The notes below the pieces were generated by a model that saw only the letters and a list, made by a program, of their open reading frames with translations, searched no databases and was not told where the DNA came from. A stretch of DNA of 64,000 nt from Octopus sinensis (taxonomy: Eukaryota), in NCBI RefSeq assembly GCF_006345805.1, contig NC_042997.1, positions 79,298,001 to 79,362,000 on the forward strand, written 5' to 3'. Below are positions 1 through 12,520 of the stretch, in pieces (the stretch's first letter is position 1; the number at the start of each line of letters is the position of its first letter). Both the position numbers and the translations under genes were made by a program.

Positions 1-639
1 TATAGTTCACAGCTAATAAATATATACATGTGTGTGCTTCTAAATAGTTAACAACTCTTTTGGTAGCTGTAACTAGTTATATTGTAGCTTAACAGTATTA
101 TACTATACACCAAAAAGACAGAAAAGGTCAATGAATTAAGTTAATGCTCTATCAGATTGAATTTAATAAATTTAAACGCGAAAATCATACTTGAATAATT
201 TAGTCCTGGTAGCTGAGCTGACTACCATGAGAAGATAAATTGGAATGGAAAGATATTGTTTAAAGTTTAAGTGACAAGAGAGTTGTGGGAAGTCCAAGTA
301 TGACAGTGCTCCCCATGAAGGTAGAGCCACAATGACTGATATTGAGCTTCGGAAAGATAATAGACTGGTCATTGGGGAAAATTTTTTCTCTAGTATGTTA
401 CAGGTTCATAACATGACAAACAGTTCCCACACTACGTTAACTAATCTTTTATATGGCTAGCATTTTAAAAGTAAAACCTCAGTGATTTGCTTTTTAAAAT
501 ATACTAATTTTTCATGTCTACATGTGTATGTCTACTTAGTGATTCGACTGTCAGGTTGTTTACACTACTGGAAAAAAAGATACATCGTTAAGGTAGAGAG
601 CTTAGAGATCATGATTCATAACATCCATAAATTCAGGTA

Positions 640-780
640 AACGAGCCGCTAGAAATAGCAGTCAAATTTAACATAGCACTCTCCGTAAAAAAGATTAAAA
701 GAATGTAGTAGTCATGTCCAGAACATTTTTGGTCATAGCTGTCTGCTTGATCAGGGCTAATCTGGGGTTGAACAATAACA
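640..780. repeat. Fragment of an abundant dispersed repeat family (unclassified, MITE/SINE-like)
   Basis: The motifs gttgttgtttagcc..ctgatcgagcagacc..atcaaagacattc and gctgctatttctag recur at about 2730-2900, 5230-5310, 18230-18540, 43850-43930 and 56200-56350. Confidence 0.55.
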
Positions 781-988
781 TCAATAAATGTCTAATTTTT
801 TTTATTAATTTTTCTCACAAAGAAAACACTTTTTGAAATTAAAGAACCGCAACTTTTTTCTTCAATACAGTAAATAATATATTCATAAATGAAATAATCT
901 CAAAGTAATTTTTAAAGAATCACGAAAATGTGGGTGGAAAGAAACAAAAAATTAACCTTAAAATCTTGACATTAACAAAAATTATGCC

Positions 989-994
989 TTTATT
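989..994 (-). terminator. Candidate AATAAA polyadenylation signal of the Speedy gene
   Basis: Plus-strand tttatt lies 17 nt past the stop codon. An alternative signal lies near 801-806. The background is AT-rich, so chance matches are likely. Confidence 0.3.
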
Positions 995-1010
995 CAAGGG
1001 ATCCTGTTGA

Positions 1011-2237
1011 TCATTTAGATACAATTGGAGAAATTTGATTGTCTTCATTATGACAAACTTTTACAGGATCCACAAAGGCTATTTGTTTTGGAGTTGGTGC
1101 TAACTCCGGGTGACACAAAAGACAAGAAATGGCATCTTTATTTGGTGCCAAACAGAACGGTTGCATTTTCATGCCATATTTATAGTAATAACCATCTTTC
1201 TTATTGCACTCCTGAACACCGGACTCAAAGCAATGAGTTTTTCTTACACCTCCAGCATGATGTAATGGTCTTTCTCTCTGCCAATATTGGCTGTTTGGTA
1301 GTATGGACATTATTTCTTCACAGCACACTCGGCTAACTACTCCATGATAACCTATTTTCTTGAATAATTGATCCCGTTTTTTAAGAAAACGTGGAAAATT
1401 ACTAGGCCAGTTTTTTCCCAAAGCCCAAGGAAATATTTCGTATTTGAGTTCCTCTTCATCTTCCTCCATATCACTGGCAAGATAAAGAGCTACAAAGAAA
1501 TTATAATAGGTATATTTATCGGCCAAATAACCTGCTCGCTTGAAATACACAAATGTTTCTGCCAGAAGATATTTATCGGAGAGACGATAACAAGAATCTC
1601 TTTCCAAAAAGCAAGCAACGACATCATTTTGGAGCAGTTTAAAAAATCTCAGTAACTCGTTGGTTTTCACTTCACTTTCCTTTGTTACCTTGGGCAGTTT
1701 CTTTGAAGTTTCAAACTTGGATAATTTAAAATATTTTGGGCCAGATAATTTCTTGTTAATTTGTTCTGTTTCTTCATATTGAAGAGTAACATGCATTTGC
1801 CATTCGTTATAAAGACGTAATAATTCTTGCCGTTGTTTCACATTATCTTCGAATTGCTTCTGAAGAAATGTTTCTGTAGAACAGCTGCTCGACAAAATGC
1901 CATTTATTTTCCACTCACTAAACCGAGATAAGTGCCGAGGTACTGCTTTAAATATCTTCTGCTGCCTTTTCTTTTGCCGCCATTCATAAGTCTTTGTTTT
2001 TCTTTCACTAAATGAATCGTATTTTCTTTCCGATGATTTTTCTGAAGAATTACGATCCTTTCTTACCTTTAATCCATTGCTTCCAGTCAAGGATAATGAC
2101 TTTAAATACTGACTATTGACGCCCATTACTTTTACTGGTAGATTACTGTTGGTTGATGGTATAGGTATGTTTTGTACACTAACAATTTTTTGACGCAACT
2201 TCTGGCAAGTAGCTCTACAGTTAGATGTTGTTTCCAT
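1011..2237 (-). CDS. SPDYA: Speedy/RINGO family CDK activator (Spy1), single-exon 408-aa ORF
   Basis: The ORF contains the Speedy box ([37 protein letters not shown]...[29 protein letters not shown]...FLKKRDQLF...VVSR..CEEIM...W.RERP.HHAG) and a C-terminal CxxC (CLLC). The ATG has a strong context (ataATGG). Family call is confident; orthology to SPDYA specifically is inferred. Confidence 0.92.
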   Translation of the reverse strand: METTSNCRATCQKLRQKIVSVQNIPIPSTNSNLPVKVMGVNSQYLKSLSLTGSNGLKVRKDRNSSEKSSERKYDSFSERKTKTYEWRQKKRQQKIFKAVPRHLSRFSEWKINGILSSSCSTETFLQKQFEDNVKQRQELLRLYNEWQMHVTLQYEETEQINKKLSGPKYFKLSKFETSKKLPKVTKESEVKTNELLRFFKLLQNDVVACFLERDSCYRLSDKYLLAETFVYFKRAGYLADKYTYYNFFVALYLASDMEEDEEELKYEIFPWALGKNWPSNFPRFLKKRDQLFKKIGYHGVVSRVCCEEIMSILPNSQYWQRERPLHHAGGVRKTHCFESGVQECNKKDGYYYKYGMKMQPFCLAPNKDAISCLLCHPELAPTPKQIAFVDPVKVCHNEDNQISPIVSK

Positions 2238-3164
2238 TATAATTATCTCGACTTGAAATAGTTAGGGAATGTTAAAACCCTGCCCTGTTTTCAAATCAGA
2301 ATATGAAATATCATGTATACTTGTATTTGTACGTTTTAAGGCTTTGTGGAAAGTTTGGTAACGCTTCACTTTCATATTATAGATTTTCCTGAAATATTTT
2401 TCAACAAACAAACTCACAGTAACTTAGCTTGTAATATTTTCTTCAATACCTCTAAGAATTTCTATAAAGACAACAAAACAGATTTATGTATATGTGTATG
2501 TATACGAATGTGAATGCGTGCGTACACATGCTCAAGCACACATCTACATGTGCGTTGCACATTTTCCCAAATTTACAACTAATATTGATCATTATCACCA
2601 GTTTTGTTCATTGATCGAACCCTATTTTATATTGATCTTGATACAAAACAATGATGCTGGTAACATAAATATCAATGTCATAATCGATACAGGGCAACAC
2701 ATTTTTGGTAGTAGAAATTTAGTTAACTGAATTGACGGCACACGATAGCTAAAAGTTATCAAACAAAGGTATATCCAGGGTTGCTTATTTGGTAGAAACA
2801 GTAGCTAAATCTTTCAAAAATTGCACTTCACTCTCTTAAAAGTCGAAAACATTGTATAATGTAGTTCACTGATCAAAAGAAAAAAAAAATTCCCCTGGGC
2901 TTTGGGAAAAAGCTGGCCTAGTAATTGTCCATGTTTTTTTTTTTTTTCAGAAGAAGTCGTTAAGTGGTCTGCTAAGTGAAGTTTGACTGGTGTCTAAACA
3001 ACAAATTACTCATTATTTAGGATAAAAAGTCAAGTCAGTCTTGGCCGGATTCGAACTCTGTACGGTGTTTTGTTCCTCACACTGCTAATTCTGTCATCCA
3101 TTACTCTTCTTGAACTTAAGAACAAAATCAAAAATTTACAGAATGGACTACATCAATCCCAATA

Positions 3165-3260
3165 TTTTACTAGTACCCTATTTTATCGACAGACATTGGA
3201 AAGACGAGAAGCGAAGTTGGCTTCGGCAGTATCTGAAACAACTCAGATGTAAAAAAAAAA
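3165..3260 (-). mobile_element. tRNA-derived Nin-type SINE fragment
   Basis: Degenerate reverse copy of the SINE body seen at 60305-60921. Another fragment lies at about 3013-3075. Confidence 0.55.
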
Positions 3261-5454
3261 ACACTGAAGAAATACCGAAAGCCATTTTGTTTGGCACACA
3301 ACCTTTTTTGTCATTCACCAAAAATGAATTTCCACTTAAGACAACTCCGACTGCCCTCAAGGCAAATGCCTTTTCTTGTCGTTAATCTACAAATGAAACT
3401 TGAGAGCTGTCATCCCGCCAAGCTAAGCTCGTCATTCTTCCAGTTTTTACACGATTTGATCTAAGACGTCTCACAAGTGTTGCCAGATTTTCAAAATCCA
3501 ACTGAAAGCAAAATAAATTACAACCCAAATTCATGTTCTTGTGTTTATTTTTATGGAATATTTGAAGAAATAAATTTGTAACAGCAATTTTGTATGAATA
3601 ACTACTTTAACACAAGTTACCAGCGAATATTTCTTTTCGATAAGACTAGACCCCTCTAGAATTGCAACTTCTCACAATGGAGTACAGTCCTGCGCCCCTG
3701 AATCTAATCCCCATTCAAAAATCAGTTTATAATAGCACCCATACGTCATAAGTTAGTAAATGTTACAAAACCATGGGGAGGGTAACATTACAACTGGCGA
3801 TCAGACGTAATTTTAATAGCAGTCGATGCTAATCTACTTCCGGCTTGTTTAGCTCAACACCGTATAGCATTACTCAACATAGAAAAATCTCACATACATG
3901 ACCAGTGAGTTGTAAAAATTCGATCAATTGAAATTGTCTACGCAATAAGTAGGCAACAGCGCTTTCTAGGTATGCTTAAGAAGTCTAAAAACAAGAAAGG
4001 AAAGTACACACATACAAAAGATGACAAACACATTTTATGCACACACACGCATACACACAAAGACTCATGGAGACACACATGCATACATAACAGGCGCACG
4101 AACATACACCAACTCATACATTTAGACACACTCATACACATGCAAAGAAGCAGAGGTACACACACACATGAATATGCAGGCTAGTGCGCGCACATAACAA
4201 AATCTCGCATAAAATCCCACAAAAAATAAGCAAAAACAAAAAAGAACGCAGCTTCAATAACGGACAGTCGAAATCCATTGATACATTTGTAAATGCAGTG
4301 ACGAAAAAGCCTTCTGGGATAAATAAATGAGTGGAAATTGAACCGGTTAGTGTTTTATATTAAGGCACTGTAACTCTTCCCAGACACAGCAAAAGTTAGA
4401 TATTGTTTCGCAACTGATGTTATTTAAAATTTAAGTGAGTACTGCAAGAAGTCGTTAAAGATTCCGTGAGAAATTGTGATAAAGCGACCAATTATATGCC
4501 AATGTTTTGCCGAGCCATTTTTGTGTTTAATTCTTTGTTAATTTAGTATACACTCACTCTTAACATTTTCAAAATCTGTAGGTGTTGAGGAGACCTGTTT
4601 GTCCACAGTGTCTTGGTTAAGACCTTTTAAAGACAGTTTTATGATTTGTTTAATCTTTCGATAAATTTGCCTTTATGAAAAACTGAGAAAGGGATTCATA
4701 AAGGTGTATAGTAATTGCTAGGGGTTTCCTGAGACATGGAACGTATTTCAAGAATTGCGTTAAAGCATAAAGGTTGGGAAACACTGATATAGACAATGAG
4801 GATTGATTTAGATCTGGTCTTTAAAGCAAGCTAACTAGTGAAAGCAGTGGACATGTTCCGGTCTTATTAGAGATCATCAACGAAGCATATTCTACTCTGA
4901 GAGACCAAAAATAATCAATGTATATAGGAAGGGAGGTAATAAGGTGGCACTGATTTGGAATATTAACAGTATAGTTGTCAAACCATTATATTATGGATCT
5001 GAGAATGTAGTGCAATTGAATCTGGTTTGCAGAATGCTGTCCTCTGCATATTGTTGATGTTCATAATCAGCACCAGTATCACTACATTTCTTTTTTCCCT
5101 TGCTATTTCTCCATATATTTCAATATATTACACTTGACCCACCAAAATAGCATCCACATTTCCTTCAAACGACTACTTACTGCCTTAAATAAAGAAAGAA
5201 CAGATAATGTAGTATTAAATATTCCTAAAAAGACAGGATGACCATGGCTAGAATGTCTTTGATCGTTGGTCTGCCCGATCAGAGTTGACTTAAGGCTAAA
5301 CAACAACAGCAGGCACTAAAATCCTACATATTTCTCTCGTTATCTAAGATCTAAACTGTAATGGTTAGATGAGGTTTAAGGCAACGCGAAACCTTAAAGC
5401 TACACATAGTCTTTAAAAACTTAGTGTGAATTGTTAAAGGAATCTGATTTAAAA

Positions 5455-5640
5455 AAAAAAAATACACAGCATATTCACTTCCGAGTTCAAATTCCAAGGT
5501 CAACTTTGTCTTTCATCGTTTCCAGTATGGGAGCAGTGTCCGAAAAACCACAATGATAGTCATGTGTTGGTATTGATGTAATTGATTTACCCCCGTTCAA
5601 ACTTACTGGTCTTGTGCCTAAATTAGATATTTATTCTAAT
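5455..5640 (+). mobile_element. tRNA-derived Nin-type SINE, degenerate
   Basis: B-box gagttcaaattcc, ggtcaactttgtctttcatc core and ...cttgtgcct tail. Confidence 0.6.
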
Positions 5641-6215
5641 GTGAAATAGCTACACATTTTCTATACAAACAGTATATTTCTATTTCGTCTTTAATATCTA
5701 TAATCACATTTTCACAATAAATGAAAATAGACTTTCTTGTATATTTAATATTTTTTTCTTCAATGAGGCTTTATTAGTTTTCATTAATTTAAAGTAAAAC
5801 TGAAATGTATAAGGGTTCACCTTCTCTGAGCTGCTAGACTATATTGTGCTGACGAGGTCTGTTAATTTTACATGTCCAGTCTTGTCACTATTTACAAATC
5901 AATCACTGCCGACTTCATTCTTTTATTTTACACAATTTAAATTCTAGAGCTGTCTACCCTGGCTTTCTTTATAAAACTTTGTCATTAAAATACTGACGTA
6001 TCTCAAACCTGTCTGTCTGCTGGTCTGAAGTTTGAATGTCTTAAAGTGTGTAGGCAAATAAAGTAAAATGTGGTTGGGAGGTGGGTTGTGGTAGGTTAAA
6101 CAGATGCTGATAAATGGGGATGGGTATGGTGTGTACATATATGAACATCTGTGTCACTCAAACTCCAGCGATTTACTTTTTAAATTACGCTATTTTATAC
6201 CACACCACAGTTTCC

Positions 6216-6655
6216 TCACTTCACAGAAACTGAAACAAGGTTTCTAGTAACAGCGGGGATGAGATGATTCGAACTTTTGTGGATGTACATAGTTTCCTCG
6301 TTGGGCTTCCTGTAAGGGCAGTACTTACCCGTTTTCAGGTCTAGGGCCACGTCTAGGAAGTCGACTGCGGCCAAGTTGATGATAACTGTTATGGACAGGC
6401 CGAATTCTTTGAATATTTTTATTAGGTCTTTCTTAAATTTATCCATTGCGTGGCCGTTCATATAGCTTGAGATTGCCACACCGTCTTCCTTGTAAACAAT
6501 CGGTTAGTGTGGGCGTGTCTGTTTCTTGAGTGTATCCAGTACAAATAACCCGACGAGGTCGGCGGTTTCAGCCTCGTCGTATATACCCATAGAAACGTTG
6601 AATAGTGGATTTACACACTTTAACATCGTAGACTTTTACTATTCTATGTCGAAAA
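6216..6655 (-). mobile_element. Penelope-like retroelement RT fragment
   Basis: Translates to MGIYDEAETADLVG..YKEDG (degenerate YxDD), then DFLDVALDLKTGKYCPYRKPNEETMYIHKSSNH, typical of the PLE RT C-terminal region. Confidence 0.75.
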
Positions 6656-7747
6656 CTTTTCTCCTGGATCATTCGTCAAATTAAAATGATTTTTAATGGT
6701 TCTAATTTGCCATTATGACGTCACAATAGCCGTATCGTTTCCTCCAGAGCCTTCGTTTTATCAATATTCTCATTCTCACGGTGATTAAAAGTTAAGGTAT
6801 GTGTGCTCTAGGATACCAACCCAAACAGAAGACTAACGTGAAGTCAGTCATCTTTCACCTTATTCTTAGTGTTTGTGAGGATGCTTTATGCCGTTACAAG
6901 ACATACGGTTGTGTTCCGTGCTCGTATGAACTCTTAGCAATTTCACCACAGGTATTTTATTGCAAACAATTGTGTGACTTGACTGTAAAGAGAATGTGAC
7001 ATTAACTAACAATAAAAATGATGAACATGGAAGAAAATACTCAACATATAATCATAGACATGTCAAGAGAATATGGCTGTAAATTTGGTATTTTAATAAT
7101 GTTTGTTGCTATTAAAAAGTTTCATAATATTTTAAAGATATTTCTATATCGAATTAAAATAGTTTCTTCATTACTTGTTTGATTAGCAATATCGAAGGAT
7201 TGCCGTTCATAAATGTCTTTGATAAATAAATCTTTATGCATCTTCGACTGTGTATGAGCGTATATGTTTGGATATGTAGTGCGTGTCACTTCTCTCTTCC
7301 ATTCTCCATTTCCAATTTTCTCCACTCCCTCTCTGTCTCGCGCTCTCTATCTCTATATATCTCTTCATCTCTCTCTTTCTTGCGCGCACACACACAGATT
7401 CAGAATACATACAAAATTTTTTGTAGGGATTAACGGTACAGCATGACGAAATAGTCATCAGAAGGCTGAATGGAAGGGAGATAATGACAGTGACCCGGCC
7501 GAGCGAATTTATTCTCTCGCGCGCGTGTATGTGAGGATGGTATGTGTGAGTGTGTATGTATGAATGTTGAGGAGAATGCGTGTAGGGCGAGCTGAAAAAT
7601 ATGTGGACCTGTGTGTGTATATGTGTGTAAGTGACCCAGTGCGTACATTAAGTGGAATGATATGCATTACATGTACTGGTATTTATGTGTGTGCATATGG
7701 ACGTGTACGTATGTGTGCAAACACATTTGCCTCTGTGTGCGTGCGTG

Positions 7748-7805
<58 letters not shown>

Positions 7806-8587
7806 TGTTTTGGTTCAGCTTAAGGACAGAGCTGGTGACCTACTTTTGGGATAAACCCATTGTCCTGTCAGATTCAGGTGGATTGATCGGTTCTGGGTGG
7901 ACCTGCGACCCCCTTCGGGTGAACTAGAGGTCGTTCTAAACACCCCTTGAAGAAGAGGAAGAGGAAAGTAGTGAGAAAGATAGAGTAAGGAATGAGAGCA
8001 GATAGAGAGGATATTAGCAGTGCAGAGAGGGATTGAGGGTAGTGATAGAGTAAGAGGTTTTTGGACAGTCGGATTTTGGTCGTCAAGGCAGGCGGTTGGG
8101 ATGCAAGACCTTGGCAAGTTGGAGTTAGCGGCACAGAGATAGATATATACAGAGGAATAGGCGGCTGTTAGAGAGGAACTACAATATGGGACACTGGCTA
8201 TTCTAGTAGAAACTAAAGGTATTTAATTATTGTATTGATACGTGTTACGATGTAAAGAGACTGTAAAAGAAAAAAAGAGAAAGAAGAAAGAGAGAGAAAA
8301 AGAAGGACTCTGATGTAGTCGTTAAAGACTTTGAACTGTAACGTGAATTGTTGTGATACGAACATTGTATAATGTATTGAACTGTTCTGATTGGACTGTA
8401 ACGTATCGTGAACATTATTTGATCTGAACTTATTTGTCTATGAACATTGTATATTGTATCCGCATGTTGTTTTCTTTAAATGCTTTGATCTGTGGTATAC
8501 CCGTATGATGTATTGATTTGTTGTTTCCTTTAAATGTTTTAAATGTATCTGAAATATATTTGATGTGTAACAATTGATTGTCATATA

Positions 8588-9154
8588 AACTAGTGTTAAA
8601 TGTAAGCCAGTTGTGCCTTGCCTCTTTGTGTCTCTCTCTGTATCTCTCTGTGCTGCTGCTGCTGTTGTTGTTGTTGTGTCTCTCTCTCTTCTCCGAGTTT
8701 CCGTAGCTTATTCGCTGCATCGAACGGGCCTGTGTGTGAGGGATTCCGTAACAGTTCGAATCGGAGGTCCCCCCTCGTAACAATACGTACAAAACGCCCC
8801 CCCCCGTCCAATGGACGGTGCTGAGTTGTCAAACATTTAAACTAAATTTTCTCAAAAAATCTTGTCCGACCGTCCCATAGGCCTCCCCTTTGATAAACAC
8901 TGATTTAACCTAAATTTGAGACACCGGCAAAAGAAGAAATAAACATATACTTTTTTCTATTCCAAGAAAAACGATTTTACAAATGCACGTTCCCACGGCT
9001 TTATCGATCGCATTCTCACCTGGAATCGATTTTTGTAATTTTTTCAAGACTTATGCACGCCCTGATACCGTCGGTATCTACATATCAAATTTGAGCATAA
9101 TCGGATGGAGGATGCCCGAGATCCTAGAAGACACACACACAGACTGAACGGATT

Positions 9155-9175
<21 letters not shown>
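8588..9175 (-). mobile_element. Non-autonomous Helitron-like element (Lep1-like organisation)
   Basis: The minus strand starts in (TA)n as tatattataaaatccgttcagtc(tg)n...atgctcaaatttgatatg. A possible CTAG 3' end lies at about 8588. Boundaries are uncertain. Confidence 0.4.
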
Positions 9176-9212
<37 letters not shown>

Positions 9213-9239
9213 CATATATATATGCATTTACACAAACAC

Positions 9240-12200
9240 ATGGGTGAGAGAGTTGGTATGTGAAAGCACGTGGTTGGATGTATAAAAACAAAATAGAATG
9301 AAAAAAACTACAGAAGATTTGTATTATATGGTTAAAAGATATATTAAAATCGTCATGTTAGGAAAATGATATAAAATTTTGCGTATAGTGACATTGTTTT
9401 TGGAGAAATAACCGGTTTCGCATTTTCTTTTCAAATTTCTCAAATTTCTTTACCGATGTGTCATTTATTCGTTATGGTGGTGATGTAGCGTTCGAAACAG
9501 AGGGAGATAATCAAGGAGTTTTTCGGTGTAAGGGAGATAATAAAAATATGTTGGGAATGATTAGGTTTTGATAGAATAAAATGTTAGAAATGGTTAAGTT
9601 TAAGTTTATATTTTTCAATGAGGTAAGTTTCCTTATTTAAAAGTGCTAGAAATGGTTAAGTTTTGGCTTATATTTTTCAATGAAGTAGGTTTCTATGTTT
9701 AATCTAAATTGTGTTGGTGTTCCAATAGCACGTTGATAAAATGGAAAGATTACAAATTGTGGTAGCAGTTGTTATGTGCATCTGTCAATGTGGTCACTAA
9801 AGGGTATCATTCTGTATTCTGGGAATGCAATTTGCTGTTGGTGCAGAGTGCATCTGTGTCTGAACGATAATTCCGTGGACCCTATGTAGTCTTGGTGGAA
9901 GCCCAAGCAAAACTGCAATCAACATTTTTTAGCCCCAGACCAGAGACACCAGGTCACAGGTTGGAACCTGGTGATCAGGAAAAACCAAAGATAATTAACC
10001 TCTCAACTAAACCTCTTTCAAGCACAAAGATAGACAACCTCTCAAAAGGGTTAAAATTCACCCCAACTCCATGCAGAGCTAACCAAAATGAAGTGAAAGA
10101 CAGTATAATAGAATTCTGTAGAAATTTAAGACTCACAGTAGCATTAACCAATTACAATACATAAATCAGGTTTTCTGAGGTAGAAGTAAAATCAGATTTG
10201 ATTTTGAATTTTTGTCCCTCTTTAAAAAGGAACTCTGATCCTTGATAGTTGGGACATGTTGCACAATTTGGTCAACCACTTTTTCACTTTGCATCCATTA
10301 TTTCAGAAAAGAATTTTATCTTTGTGAGGATCTTTTTTAATGACTTCGGTTGTTTGTGGCTTTTAATGATCTTATGTGTATGTAAAATTTCCTTTAATTT
10401 GGGGTCCTTATGTAGCATTGGTAGATTTGGGGTGATGATGGTGAAGGCTTCTTTGTTTCTGAGGTTGTAAGTGGATATGTATGGCAGTGTTTTCAGGGAG
10501 GGTGTGTTGCAATACAGAATCAGACGTGCAACACTATTTGTGTTGCACATCTGATTCCATCCTCTATGAGTTGAACTGAGTAGTGCCTGTCAATGAGGGT
10601 GATTTTGAGTTCTTGCAGTCTAAAGTCTCTGGTATATTTTTCTGACACTATGGTGCATATCCTTCTTGCAAGGTTGAAGGGGATGTTTGTTTTGGTGTGT
10701 TTTGGGTGGCATGAATTAAATAGTAGATATTGTTTGGCGTTTGTGGTTTTGTAAAATGTCCATTTCTGTTTTTAGGTTTATTTTTTTAACTAATATATCC
10801 AGAATGGGAGCTCCTCTTGGTTGTATTCCATTGTGAATTGTATGTTTGGGTTGATGCTGTTCAATAGTCTTTTGAATTCCAGGAGTTTGTCTATGTTTTT
10901 ATTGCATAGGATGAAACAGTCGTCCAGGAATCTTTTCCAATTCTCTTTTATGTTTTGGGAAAGAGGGTTTCCAAAGGTAGATAAAGATTCCTGGTATATT
11001 CTTATTTCCAGATAGCCCATTGTTAGGTTTACAATAACTGGGGTTGCTCTAGTGCCCATGGCAATTCTAGATTTTTGTCTATAAAAAGTGTTATCAAACA
11101 TGAAATGGTTGTTTCATAGGATGAATTCAATTGATTCAATTATGAACTCTTTGCTAATCCTTTCTGGTATTTCTTCTGGATATTGGTCCAGCCAGAACTG
11201 AATTGCCTCTAGTTCATAATTATGAGGTATACTAGTATATGTTAATCACATCAAATGAAACCATGAATGTTTCTTCTTTGACTTTTTTGGGGAGGTGATT
11301 TAACATGTCCAAGTCATCTCTGATGTGTTTAAGGAAGGGTTTCTGGAGGATGTCCATAAATAGACTTTGTCTGTATGTTTCACAGGCTGGGCCAGCTATA
11401 ATGGGTTGCAACTTTAGTATGTATATCTTTGGTGATTTTTTTATGGTTTCATTTATAATCTGGCTTTTGTGGATTTTTGGTAGACTGTAGAATAGGCTAG
11501 GTTTGCATTTAAAGTTTGTTAAATAGTCGATTTCTTTGGTTGTCAGTTCTTTTCTGTGGGTTTTAATTAGTGAGGATAGGGTTTTCATTTTTTTTGGGGT
11601 GGGGAGAGAGTAGGGTGTAGTTTGTGATTTTTTTCTTAATGTTGACTTTCATTAAGTATAGAGATTACTAGATTTTTATAGTATAATGTGTCTATTACTA
11701 CCACTGCACTTCCTTTATCTGCTTTCGTAATATCTTCTTTATTTTGAAGTTCTATTAGTTCCTTCCATTGTGTAGTGCTAAAGTTTGAGGTAATTTTTTG
11801 TTTATGCATGGTGTGGTAGGGAAAGTTCTCAATGTGGTTGCAGAATTCATCAAGATTTTTATTTCTTCCTCTGTGGGGGATGTATTCACTTTTGTTTTTG
11901 ACTAGTGAGTCATCTGCAGTATTGTAATTGGTTAATGCTACTGTGAGTCTTAAATTTCTACAGAATTCTATTATACTGTCTTTCACTTCATTTTGGTTAG
12001 CTCTGCATGGAGTTGGGGTGAATTTTAACCCTTTTGAGAGGTTGTCTATCTTTGTGCTTGAAAGAGGTTTAGTTGAGAGGTTAATTATCTTTGGTTTTTC
12101 CTGATCACCAGGTTCCAACCTGTGACCTGGTGTCTCTGGTCTGGGGCTAAAAAATGTTGATTGCAGTTTTGTTTGTATGCGCTGTCTGTGAGGTTGTCTG

Positions 12201-12520
12201 GTATTGGTCCGGGGGAGTAGTGGTCCGGGGAGGTAGTGGTCCGGGGAGGTAGTGGCCTTAGATTGTTATGTGTGTGTGGGTGTCTATGGGTGTCTTGGTT
12301 AGTGATGTGTATAACATTTCTGAGAATAGCCTGGATAAATGGGTGTACGCTCAACAGGAGTCTGTAGGCTGGAGACACAGCAAGGGAGAGCACTTGTCCT
12401 TAGTAGTCGGTGTAAACTTAGATCCTACCAGAGCGTCTCATTTAATACTTTTTATTAACTGTTTATCGTGTTTATTTAAAATTTATTTCTTATAAAAGAA
12501 ATTTTTGTTTCACAGTTTGT
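9240..12520 (-). mobile_element. Penelope-like retroelement (RT + GIY-YIG), degenerate, near full length
   Basis: Fragments KIINLS..LSKGLKFTPTP, LPKIHK, MVSFDV, AMGT..NLTMGYLE, WKRFLDDCF, INPNIQFTME, then CxxC..ENLIY / CLGFHQDYIGST..ETYFIEKYKPKLN. A ~60-bp tandem duplication of the ORF end lies at about 9585-9700. Confidence 0.88.
9908..10160 (+). repeat. 253-bp inverted copy of 11919-12171
   Basis: No mismatch seen by eye. The ORF track gives identical peptides (..EPGDQEKPKIINLS..ALTNYNT) on opposite strands. Confidence 0.9.

Noticed and set aside
1025-1655. Plus-strand ORFs of 103 aa and 95 aa
   Set aside because: Antisense shadows of the Speedy CDS with no recognisable domain.
3110-3385. 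91-aa ORF upstream of Speedy
   Set aside because: The central part (DRHWKDEKRS) is an antisense SINE core.
4773-4787. hAT-like terminus ggttgggaaacactg
   Set aside because: No matching left TIR or TSD was found.
5103-5306. Kinase-like RPTIKDIL peptide (also RPIIKDIL at ~43880)
   Set aside because: Both come from the same dispersed non-coding repeat. This also removes the tail of ORF 43873-44079 from the pseudogene model.
6810-6951. AG...GT-bounded open stretch resembling an exon
   Set aside because: No recognisable homology and no partner exons.
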